From an uncultured delta proteobacterium (lineage in GTDB: Bacteria > Desulfobacterota > Syntrophorhabdia > Syntrophorhabdales > WCHB1-27): a stretch of DNA of 64,000 bases. Position numbers and translations under genes: made by a program. The notes below the pieces were generated by a model. The model saw only the letters and a list, made by a program, of their open reading frames with translations, was not told the DNA's origin and searched no databases. This document shows, in pieces, positions 9,881-17,946 of this stretch. Location of the stretch: contig CAWEPK010000003.1 of assembly GCA_963810935.1 (NCBI GenBank), positions 1 through 64,000 of the forward strand, given 5' to 3'. How positions within the stretch are numbered: the first letter of the stretch is position 1; the number at the start of each line of letters is the position of its first letter.

Positions 9881-11030
9881 TTTCCAGGCCTCTTTATGCC
9901 CCCAGGTAACGTTACCTTGGCATGGTTGAGGGGAAGTAAATTGAATACTCCACTAATCTGCAACGAAGAATAGTTGACCCATCGCCCTTGATTAATGATT
10001 GGGCTTACCACTCAGGATTCCTATGCCAGACTAAAAACGAAAGCCAATCAACAATTACATATAGCCGTAAATTTCATGAACGACAAAAAACGTAATTTGA
10101 TAAGTGATTGAAGGTATCAGAGCGGATTGAAGTGGGGAATGGTAATTGAGGTAATAAGTAATAAGGGAACAACTTCTATACGGCTAATCCTATTTCATTT
10201 CTACACCTCCTTTGCTATTAGAGCTATAAAATATATCCACTTACACCGCTATTCCTATTATCTTGCATTGCAAGTAAAGCGCCTGTATTAGTGGAACGCA
10301 AGTGTTTCCATAAAATATCGTTACCAATTATTTCTGTAGTTCTTTTGGCGTAGATATTCCTATAGCGTCTATTAAATAAAGACGGATTACGAATTTAACA
10401 GTGTAATTCGGAACACGTGAATCATTGAATTTCTGAATGAATGACCTTCGCTGCGTGGTTAAAAAAGTACACCCTGTCGGGGCCAAAAGTCAATACAAAA
10501 ATGCAGCAACACAATAAATGCTTTTTCAAGACGCTGGCCGAAGCTTTTTCGGGGCATCGGATAGATTTGGACCCGCTTAAGCGTAGCATGTTACCTGCCG
10601 GACCCGTCTCTAAGCTATTTTTCAAAAATCTTCGCCTACCCCCCTCAAACCATGAACACTTTTGTCAAAAGGAAGCAATAATAGTATAGAAGGGCAAGTT
10701 AGAGAAACCGAATACCTCAATTACAATTGTAGTCTAGACAAACCTTTTGTAACCCCAAGGCGCAAAGCCGGTCGGAACCGCCGGTAAGATGCAGGGTAAA
10801 AGAGTTCCCTGCTTAGTTCTATTTGAATGAGGCAGCTACAGAAGATCGGAAACGATCTTCTTGGTTTCCATCTATATCTAAAGTAAGAAAGAAATATAAA
10901 CCATCAAATAACAAGTAAATATAAGCTAATTTGAGAATATTAAGTAATTCAATACATGAATTCCTGATAGTTATTTTCATTTCTGTTGAGAGATAAAGAA
11001 AATAAAAACACTTGTAGGAGGAGATAGAAA

Positions 11031-11540
11031 TTGTCATACGTTTACAATAATGAAATAAGAAATGGCTTTACTGAATGGTTATCCGGTTATCCCTTTGAAT
11101 GGTTTACTACTCTAACGTTTCCAAAATCAATATCTCAAGAAGAAGCTAAACATAGATGTAATAAATGGACTGTTGAATTATGTGTTGCAGAAGGACTTCA
11201 GATAGCCCATATAGGTGTTCTTAATGGACTTCGTCATCCTCATATTCATCTATTAATGCTTGGTAGAAATCGCAATGGTAAGACTTTAGGAAATGTAGAC
11301 AGTGCTATTTGGTCCGATAAATGGCTTCCTGGTGTACGTAATGACCATAAAGCAGTTATAAAACCCATTTACTATCTTGAAGGTGCTGCCGGTTATGTGG
11401 CTAATAATCTTCGTCTATATGATACTTATTCTCATATCGTTAATTACAATATAAAGCTTCTCAATAAAACTAAGATTAATAGAGGCAATGAACGCTTTGA
11501 CATAGATGTAGGAAGTGATCCATTAGAAGCTGTTGGCTAA
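11031..11540 (+). CDS. Small HUH-endonuclease-like (rolling-circle Rep-like) protein
   Basis: AGGAGG RBS plus TTG; motif I FTTLTF, motif II HPHIHLL and motif III-like AGYVAN in canonical order. Confidence 0.65.
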   Translation: MSYVYNNEIRNGFTEWLSGYPFEWFTTLTFPKSISQEEAKHRCNKWTVELCVAEGLQIAHIGVLNGLRHPHIHLLMLGRNRNGKTLGNVDSAIWSDKWLPGVRNDHKAVIKPIYYLEGAAGYVANNLRLYDTYSHIVNYNIKLLNKTKINRGNERFDIDVGSDPLEAVG

Positions 11541-11576
11541 AGAGGTCCATACAGGTAGGGAGAAAGAAAAGGAAAG

Positions 11577-11849
11577 ATGGAGAAGATAACTTTTACAGCA
11601 GAAATGAACTTGCCAGAGGATGCTATTAATCAAATAATTAAGAAAATCAGAGATAGCGGTTTTGTTTCAGCTAAACAGGAAGATCACTATTTTGGAGTTG
11701 CAGAGCTGGCCGAATATCTCAATGTTTCCCGTAAATGGCTATATAAAAGGACGTCCCAGAGGACAATTCCATTTAGTAAAATTGATGGAACTTTATTATT
11801 CAAAAAGTCATTAATTGATGAGTGGGTGACTGGAAATAACATTTCCTAG
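11577..11849 (+). CDS. Excisionase-like HTH protein
   Basis: YFGVAELAEYLNVSRKWLYK...IPFSKIDGTLLFKKSLIDEW. Confidence 0.82.
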   Translation: MEKITFTAEMNLPEDAINQIIKKIRDSGFVSAKQEDHYFGVAELAEYLNVSRKWLYKRTSQRTIPFSKIDGTLLFKKSLIDEWVTGNNIS

Positions 11850-11899
11850 TCCATAAAAGTTACCTCCAGTGCCACATTAAATACTTTTTCATAATTATA

Positions 11900-12572
11900 T
11901 TATTTTGGTGGATTTCCTAAGCCTTTATCAATGGCTCCTTGATCAAACTTTACGGGCTTGATAGATTCGTTGCGTGATGATTGCGCCAGCGTGGATAAAT
12001 TATTTCTTACAAAGAGTAAAACCGATTCTGCCAAATCCTTGTACATAAGCGCCAGAGCATCCTCATAATCCGATACTAATACCATATTTGCTTCAGTTTT
12101 TCCTCTTACCACGATTGTTTCTTTCTTTATCAACTCAGAGCCTTTTGCTAATTCTAAATCTACATTCATAAAAGAGGATAAGCCTACACTCCTCCATCCT
12201 ATTCGTACTTCGTTATCAAGCATGAGAATTTTTCCGCCCAACATGTATTCCCCATGGTCTACAACTTTAAAACCTGCCTTCTGTAAACCTAGTATTATAG
12301 AGGCTGGTTGTAAATGATGAGACATCCGAATCCGCACTTATTAATCGGCCTTGCGTTTTTCCACGATTGGCGTTTTTAAAGTAAACGAAGTTTGGATCAT
12401 CGTCTACTTTTCTTGCATCTACGATTGTCCCGACAGAAATCGTGGGAAGATTTTCCTGAGTTGTTATTATATTAGGATTCTCACATCTCAGCTTAAGTGT
12501 ACTATCTGTTAATGCGCATCCTGCTAAAAGAAGCACTAATCCAATTGCTATGGATACCTTCAGGCTTTTCAT
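11900..12572 (-). pseudogene. Lipoprotein (YajG-like), split by a frameshift near 12302 (possibly a sequencing error)
   Basis: Lipobox LLLAGC in 12267-12572; frame continues in 11900-12337 (SIILGLQKAGFKV) if one base is removed. Confidence 0.6.
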
Positions 12573-12670
12573 TATACCCTCTCCCCCATATTGCCATCGT
12601 TAGGTTATTCACATTCCTTTTAGCGTTAATAAAATGAAAGCGCCTATCCACTAATTAATCCGCCTCTTGG

Positions 12671-12865
12671 TTACGCTGTCTTCTTTCCTACGGGCTTTCT
12701 GCCCCTTTTAGGTTTCTCTGGTTCTGTAATTGCTCCTATGGCTTTCAAATAAGATTCCAGGGGCTTTAATTCTTTATCCACGTCAGCCAGTTCTTGAGAC
12801 AACTTATCTTTCTTGGCTTTTAAATCTTCCAATTTCTGCTTTGCTAAATCTGCTAATTCGGCCAT
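12671..12865 (-). CDS. Small coiled-coil protein with AT-hook-like C-terminus
   Basis: AAGGAG RBS; heptad Leu pattern followed by KPKRGRKP. Confidence 0.7.
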   Translation of the reverse strand: MAELADLAKQKLEDLKAKKDKLSQELADVDKELKPLESYLKAIGAITEPEKPKRGRKPVGKKTA

Positions 12866-13289
12866 ATTAAAAACTCCTTTATAGTGAAATAAGGTGTTGC
12901 CGATTATACCACATTTATTTATGAAGGGTTAATAATTTAGTTTGCCGGCGGTTAGCAGGAAATCTGCTATAATTCACAGCACACCAGTTTAGTTGGAACA
13001 AAAGAATCCCAAGCAATAGCGGACGTATTCTATGATTCTAGTCTCTATAAGGGAAATTCGGATAATTACCTAAAAATAGGGAATAATTACGTAAATCAGG
13101 CCGAAAACCTCACATAATTACCCCAACAATACCGTTTTTACCGTTCTTGTTCTCTTTCGTTCTATGGTGAGAGAGCTGAATTATGGCCTGCTGCGTAAGG
13201 GGAAATAGGGAGAAGGTCTATTCGGAGGGTATTCTTAAGGGGCGAAAATCTGTAAAAAGAATCATCTACGGTTTGTTCGATGTCGTTAT

Positions 13290-14372
13290 TTATTTACCTG
13301 ATTTTCTTCGGTTGTCGTCCTTGCAAAGCATTTGGCAATTGTCTTCAATTGTTTTCCCCCCTTCATGCCAAGGCGTAATATGGTCGGCTTCCATTGACGA
13401 AATATCGAAATGCTCACCGCAGACTGCACACTTACCTTTTTGCTTTTCATAAACCTTCTGTTTAATGGCATCAGAAAAGCCACGAATTGAGAGATACTTT
13501 TCATCACGTGTAAGAATGTATGGGTAAATCCCGCTCTTTCTTTCCACGTCATCATCAAGAATCAACCTTGCCGTTTCTTCCTCAATCTTTTTAGCGTTAA
13601 CTTTCTTATCTTTGTATTTGTTGTAAAGAGAACCCCAATCCACACCTTTCATGAATTTTCTCTTTTTCGTGAAAGTGGCACTAACCCATGTAATGACAGA
13701 TTGAAAATATATCCATAAGGCAGTGGCGTTAGGGTCATGCTGATGCTTAGACATATGAACTTCTATATTGCCCTTTGAAATCCAGTCTATGGCTGTTTCC
13801 AAATACTCCTGACGAATAGATGAACCGTTGAGATAATCACTGGCTATTTGAAATGCAGGGCATCCAGTTTTGCTAAAATAGCGTTTAGCGTCTGAAACCC
13901 ATGTGCCCGCATAGACAGCATTGAGCAATTCCTGATCAGTAAGTTTTTCACCTGCTATGTTTATTGTCCTGTACCAGTCTAACGTTTCACTATCTGTGCC
14001 ACTGCACAGATAAATCATGAGTTTGTAATCAAGGATTTGTTGTTTTTCGTCAGCTTGCAGATTATGAAAATACCTGAACATATATGCAAAATCGCCGTTA
14101 ACGTACTGGCAAACCGAAATGGTTCGTTGTTGCCCGTCGATTATCTCAAAGTTCCCATCCTCCCTTACAGCCCAATACATCACGTTTAGGGGAAAGTTCT
14201 TCGTAACCGTATTAATGACAGCATCCCGCTGTTTGTCCTTGTAAATAAATTCCCTTTGGTAAGGTGGGCGAATATCCAATTTGCCTCCGAAACCCACTAC
14301 GCCGCCTTCGGCTTTATCCTCATAACCTTCTGCTAATTCACGTACAGTTATTTCTTTGAGTTCTATTTTCAT
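13290..14372 (-). CDS. DUF262 (GmrS/ParB-like) plus HNH endonuclease
   Basis: RPPYQRE and IIDGQQRT; C-terminal CAVC..EADHITPWHEGGKT..NCQMLC..DN. Confidence 0.85.
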   Translation of the reverse strand: MKIELKEITVRELAEGYEDKAEGGVVGFGGKLDIRPPYQREFIYKDKQRDAVINTVTKNFPLNVMYWAVREDGNFEIIDGQQRTISVCQYVNGDFAYMFRYFHNLQADEKQQILDYKLMIYLCSGTDSETLDWYRTINIAGEKLTDQELLNAVYAGTWVSDAKRYFSKTGCPAFQIASDYLNGSSIRQEYLETAIDWISKGNIEVHMSKHQHDPNATALWIYFQSVITWVSATFTKKRKFMKGVDWGSLYNKYKDKKVNAKKIEEETARLILDDDVERKSGIYPYILTRDEKYLSIRGFSDAIKQKVYEKQKGKCAVCGEHFDISSMEADHITPWHEGGKTIEDNCQMLCKDDNRRKSGK

Positions 14373-14377
14373 TATAT

Positions 14378-15358
14378 TTATCCTAATTGTTTGTTGCGGA
14401 TAAACAAACGCTTAAATGTTTCTTTTCCATTCAAAAATGAACCTCGCCCATAAACCCCATTTGGATCTTGATCAACACCTCTATTACATCCAATTATCTC
14501 AAATTGTGCAGGATTGTATTTATTAAGGAAGGTTATAGGCACACCCATTACTCCCGCATAATCCATCGGTATATCAACCGTCTTAGCTACTTCAATTGCG
14601 TCATAGTTTTCATATTTAGGATATTGTTCGGGATGATATTTCTTATACAAGATTAATTCTTCATGGCGTTTGTTAATGTCTAAATTAGTAAACCATTGAA
14701 CTCCAGATACTCTTATCATTCCTTCTCTATGGTCAGCATCTGAAGCGTAGTCAACATAATTCCTGTTTATGAAGTGGGCGCAATTACGGTTAAACCCATA
14801 CCCTAACCATAATTTGTTATCCTTTATCAATTTGAAGATATTTTTGTACGTTATAGCGTTTTGATGTCCTATAATGAGAAATTTCTTATCGTATTTTACC
14901 AGTTGAGCAACGTATTCCCTAAACAAAGAGAATGGTGGATTTGTTACGACAATATCCGCTTGTTTTAAGAGTTCAATACATTCCTTGCTACGGAAATCAC
15001 CATCAGCTTTTAAATGCTTAATGCCTATCTCCTGGGGATCAGGAATGTTGTTCGCAGTTTTGCTACCATCATATTCCAAATAGATTGCTCTCTCAGAATC
15101 ATTTTTGCTAAACAGGTCTGCATTCTGATTCTTGTAGCAGGTGGTGATCAGTTTTTTGAGTCCCAGCTTTGCAAAGTTGTAAGAGAAATAGTGGAAGAAG
15201 TAGCTCACACGTGGATCATCGCAATTGCAAAAGACGGTCTTGTCTTTAAAATGGGCCTTATAATGCATTAGCTCTTTTTCAATGTCGGATAATTGAGTGT
15301 AAAACTCATCTCTTTTTGAACTGCTTGCTCTTTGAAGATGAGTATTTTTGTTAGGCAT
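14378..15358 (-). CDS. Adenine-specific DNA methyltransferase, EcoRI family
   Basis: DEFYT, VFCNCDDP, GDFRS.EC, DIVVTNPPFSLFREY and GVMGVPITFL motifs. Confidence 0.88.
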   Translation of the reverse strand: MPNKNTHLQRASSSKRDEFYTQLSDIEKELMHYKAHFKDKTVFCNCDDPRVSYFFHYFSYNFAKLGLKKLITTCYKNQNADLFSKNDSERAIYLEYDGSKTANNIPDPQEIGIKHLKADGDFRSKECIELLKQADIVVTNPPFSLFREYVAQLVKYDKKFLIIGHQNAITYKNIFKLIKDNKLWLGYGFNRNCAHFINRNYVDYASDADHREGMIRVSGVQWFTNLDINKRHEELILYKKYHPEQYPKYENYDAIEVAKTVDIPMDYAGVMGVPITFLNKYNPAQFEIIGCNRGVDQDPNGVYGRGSFLNGKETFKRLFIRNKQLG

Positions 15359-15442
15359 GTTTAATGTTCCCTCTTACTTGGTTTGTCCTTTCCAAACCCT
15401 ACCATGGCCTAAAGAATACGACTGATCAGCGAATATCGTAAC

Positions 15443-15492
15443 ATTCTACCACCATCGTCCCAAAGGAAGTCAATCAGATTGTTTAAGATCAG
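15443..15492 (-). promoter_or_regulatory. Promoter-like repeat copy 1 (upstream of the methylase)
   Basis: Minus strand TTGACT-19nt-TAGAAT; near-duplicate of 15657-15703. Confidence 0.55.
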
Positions 15493-15554
15493 GACCGGTC
15501 AGCTCACAAATTATCCGTTACCCTTCCTGGCCTGTGGCATTACCTATGGGGGGT

Positions 15555-15650
15555 AAAAAAGAAAGCCCTGCTCCGGTGCAGTCCGAAGCAGGGCTATTTA
15601 TGGGAGGTAGGATGAAAAGCTAATATGCGTATTCAGAAGGTCAACGCTGT
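15555..15650 (-). ncRNA. Candidate ~95-nt small RNA with anti-SD/anti-AUG tract
   Basis: Upstream promoter (15657-15684); 13-bp terminator stem 15564-15595 plus U-tract; internal GCUUUUCAUCCUACCUCCCAUA. Confidence 0.55.
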
Positions 15651-15656
15651 TTATGT

Positions 15657-15703
15657 ATTCTACCACCGTCACAATAGAAGTCAATCAGATTGTTTATGAT
15701 CAG
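15657..15703 (-). promoter_or_regulatory. Promoter-like repeat copy 2 (drives the candidate sRNA)
   Basis: Minus strand TTGACT-16nt-TAGAAT with extended TGn -10. Confidence 0.55.
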
Positions 15704-15856
15704 AGCCAGGGGTTTATCCTATTTGATAATGGGTGTTGAATGTACCTGATGGTTTATACACGGCATTCTGGGCCCGCCAATGGACATATTGTGCGATTAT
15801 TACTTTGACAAAGGTTTGGGTGAAAGATAGAATGGCCTATTGTGAGGGGGTGGGGC

Positions 15857-16360
15857 ATGTGGGAAAAAATAGGACGTTGGGCAAGCATTTTAGGGGCAAT
15901 TCCGACCATCTACATCATCGGGTCCAAGGTCGGTGAGGTAGTAGGCATGATTGATAAAACTGTGTTTCTGGAAATAGCTATAGTCGCAATAACGTTGTCT
16001 GGCCTTGGAATTTATCTTGTTGAAAAATACAAAGAGCTTAGAAGGAAGCGTGTCGAAAAGGAAGAGACCCACAACAAAACGCACGACCAGCATGATGATA
16101 GGCTTAAAAAAGTGGAAGAGTTTATAAATAAATACGTTTACAATGCTGATGTGTTAATGAGGGAAGTCAAAAAGATTGATATTGAACGGCAGCAGATTCT
16201 AAACGATGTAAACAACTTCTATAATGGGCTTACGGCAAGAATAGAGAAGCTTGAATACAAGAGTAGCTCAGAAAGAAAGGTTCTAGGGGGTAGCGCACTC
16301 ACCGAAGAAGCTATTCGGCAGGTCACTGGCAATATTAAAGAACTTGGCGATAAAAAATAG
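15857..16360 (+). CDS. Hypothetical membrane protein (two hydrophobic segments plus charged coiled coil)
   Basis: Hydrophobic N-terminus; preceded by TTGACA-17-TAGAAT at 15805-15833. Confidence 0.7.
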   Translation: MWEKIGRWASILGAIPTIYIIGSKVGEVVGMIDKTVFLEIAIVAITLSGLGIYLVEKYKELRRKRVEKEETHNKTHDQHDDRLKKVEEFINKYVYNADVLMREVKKIDIERQQILNDVNNFYNGLTARIEKLEYKSSSERKVLGGSALTEEAIRQVTGNIKELGDKK

Positions 16361-16390
16361 GGGTAGCCGCCTCTTGGACTGCTACCCCTA
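16358..16390. terminator. Hairpin terminator
   Basis: TAGGGGTAGC/GCTACCCCTA 10-bp stem; A-run on the left gives a U-tract on the minus strand. Confidence 0.55.
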
Positions 16391-16405
16391 TCCCTGTCTG
16401 AAACC

Positions 16406-16425
16406 CTTCTAACGCTTTTCTAACA
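16406..16425 (+). repeat. Tandem TTCTAAC pair near attR, candidate arm-type site
   Basis: CTTCTAACGC-T-TTTCTAACA with the same 11-bp period. Confidence 0.6.
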
Positions 16426-16555
16426 AGGCAACGTAAAATCGCCCATAAACAGGCCATCCTCTCTTTTTATCCTGCTTCCGCTTAAACAGCTTCAGCAAAG
16501 GACAATCTTATGTTGCTCATACATGCGTTTATACTGCTTTATGGCCTCATTCATA

Positions 16556-16601
16556 TGAGCGTCATGCAGTTCAGGTCGATCTGCGCGAAATGCCCGCCGT
16601 A
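16556..16601 (+). repeat. attR-like 46-bp direct repeat
   Basis: Identical to 8003-8048. Confidence 0.93.
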
Positions 16602-16628
16602 AATATCAAGTAATTACATTGCGTTAGC

Positions 16629-17284
16629 TAAATCATCTACCCCCGGCAAAGCCGGGGGTTTGTTAAAACCGTGAACCGCTCAAAGCGGTTAGTTGTGCGT
16701 TAGCTGCCTAAAGGCAGCTATTTGTCCTTCTCAAACAGTTTCATCTGGTCGAGCCTTCGATCTGTCTCTTCCTGGGCTTGGATGTACGCTCGTATGGCTT
16801 GCTCGTCCAACCCTATGGTCGATACGCAATAACCTCTGGCCCAAAAGCTCTGACCTACGAAGTTGCGTCTCCTGCCGCTCATCCGGGCTATGTAGATCGC
16901 GCTCTTCCCTTTGATAAAGCCTACCACCTGGGCAACGGCATACTTTGGGGGAACCGAGAGCAACACGTGGACGTGGTCCACTACCAGTTTCCCCTCCAGC
17001 ACCTCGCTCTCCTTCTGTCGCGCCAGCTCCTTGATGATGGGCCCTATCTCCTTCCTGAGCTTTCCGTAGAGCACCTTTTTCCGGTACTTCGGAATCCACA
17101 CCACATGATACTTGCAATCCCATACCGTATGACATAAGCTCTGAATATCTTCCACCGAAAGCCTCCTTAACTCTGCCGACCGCCTAAACGGTTCACGGAT
17201 ACAGGAGGCTTTCCTATATATTCCCGGAATTGTCAAACTCCGGGATTCCCCCGGCAGAGCCGGGGGTTTACCAGAATGAAATTA
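16629..17284 (-). mobile_element. IS200/IS605-family element (tnpA only); ends approximate
   Basis: Subterminal hairpins CCCCCGGCAAAGCCGGGGG (16640-16658) and CCCCCGGCAGAGCCGGGGG (17248-17266) flank tnpA. Confidence 0.85.
16718..17155 (-). CDS. tnpA: IS200-type Y1 HUH transposase
   Basis: CKYHVVWIPKYR, DHVHVLL, IKGKSA, FWARGY.VST.G and IRAYI.Q; AAGGAGG plus GTG start. Confidence 0.93.
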   Translation of the reverse strand: MEDIQSLCHTVWDCKYHVVWIPKYRKKVLYGKLRKEIGPIIKELARQKESEVLEGKLVVDHVHVLLSVPPKYAVAQVVGFIKGKSAIYIARMSGRRRNFVGQSFWARGYCVSTIGLDEQAIRAYIQAQEETDRRLDQMKLFEKDK

Positions 17285-17856
17285 TCGGCGGATGGCCGGT
17301 CTTTGTCGTTTCCCAATGCCTGGTCGAAGGACTCCCGCACCCTGCCTATCTCCAGCACCCTGAAGTGGACGAACCTGATCCGCATCATGTCCTCGACGGT
17401 TGCGCCGGTAAGCCACTTCTGCTCGTAGACCTCCTCGAACAGGTTGGCGCCCCGGTCTACGGTCGGCTTCACGCTCACTGTCCGCCTCGATTCGTAGCGG
17501 AACGTGCCGTCGTCCTTCTGGTGGATGATGACCTGCAGCTTCCCTGCGCGCCCCGGCTCCGGATTGGCGTCCAGGGTCTCCGGGTATAAAGCGTTCGCGC
17601 GGAGCCACGTCGTCAAGCCCCCCATGATCTCCCTTGCCTCGGGTATGGAATACCGGAGGCATGAGACGAGGTGGGAGCCGAGGTAGACCTCGAACGCCTG
17701 GTCGGGGGAAAGAAGGCGCGTCCGGCCGCATTGCATGCCTGCCTTCCTGTCGGGCGGCAGGAACTCCCGGCACCAGCGTTTCCACGTAGCGGGCTTTACC
17801 TGGAAGAAAGAAGCGACCTGTTTGGCGGTAAAAGTGCTGTTTTCGGCCGTCATCAT
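17233..17856 (-). CDS. Hypothetical protein with N-terminal MerR-like HTH; C-terminus runs into the IS end
   Basis: FTAKQVASFFQVKPATWKRW...GRTRLLS. Confidence 0.6.
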   Translation of the reverse strand: MMTAENSTFTAKQVASFFQVKPATWKRWCREFLPPDRKAGMQCGRTRLLSPDQAFEVYLGSHLVSCLRYSIPEAREIMGGLTTWLRANALYPETLDANPEPGRAGKLQVIIHQKDDGTFRYESRRTVSVKPTVDRGANLFEEVYEQKWLTGATVEDMMRIRFVHFRVLEIGRVRESFDQALGNDKDRPSADNFILVNPRLCRGNPGV

Positions 17857-17946
17857 ATTGATAGCACAATATGACAACCACATACGGTTGTCAACAAAAT
17901 TATCGCACCAGGATTGGGGAATCGGCGATTTTTGTCCTGATTGACT

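Larger units (their letters stand above)
8003..16601. mobile_element. Integrative element / genomic island in the cysM 3' end
   Basis: 46-bp flanking direct repeats, integrase at the left border, visibly AT-rich interior, Rep/HTH/RM cargo. Confidence 0.92.

Noticed and set aside
10735..10815. c-di-GMP-I riboswitch-like words (GACAAACC...GGCGCAAAGCC)
   Set aside because: The stem around the GTAA loop does not pair (TTTT versus CCCC) and the tetraloop-receptor stem is absent; kept only as a generic structured patch
11010..11016. ACTTGTA before the Rep-like gene
   Set aside because: No GTTACCA box 16 nt upstream; likely a chance match
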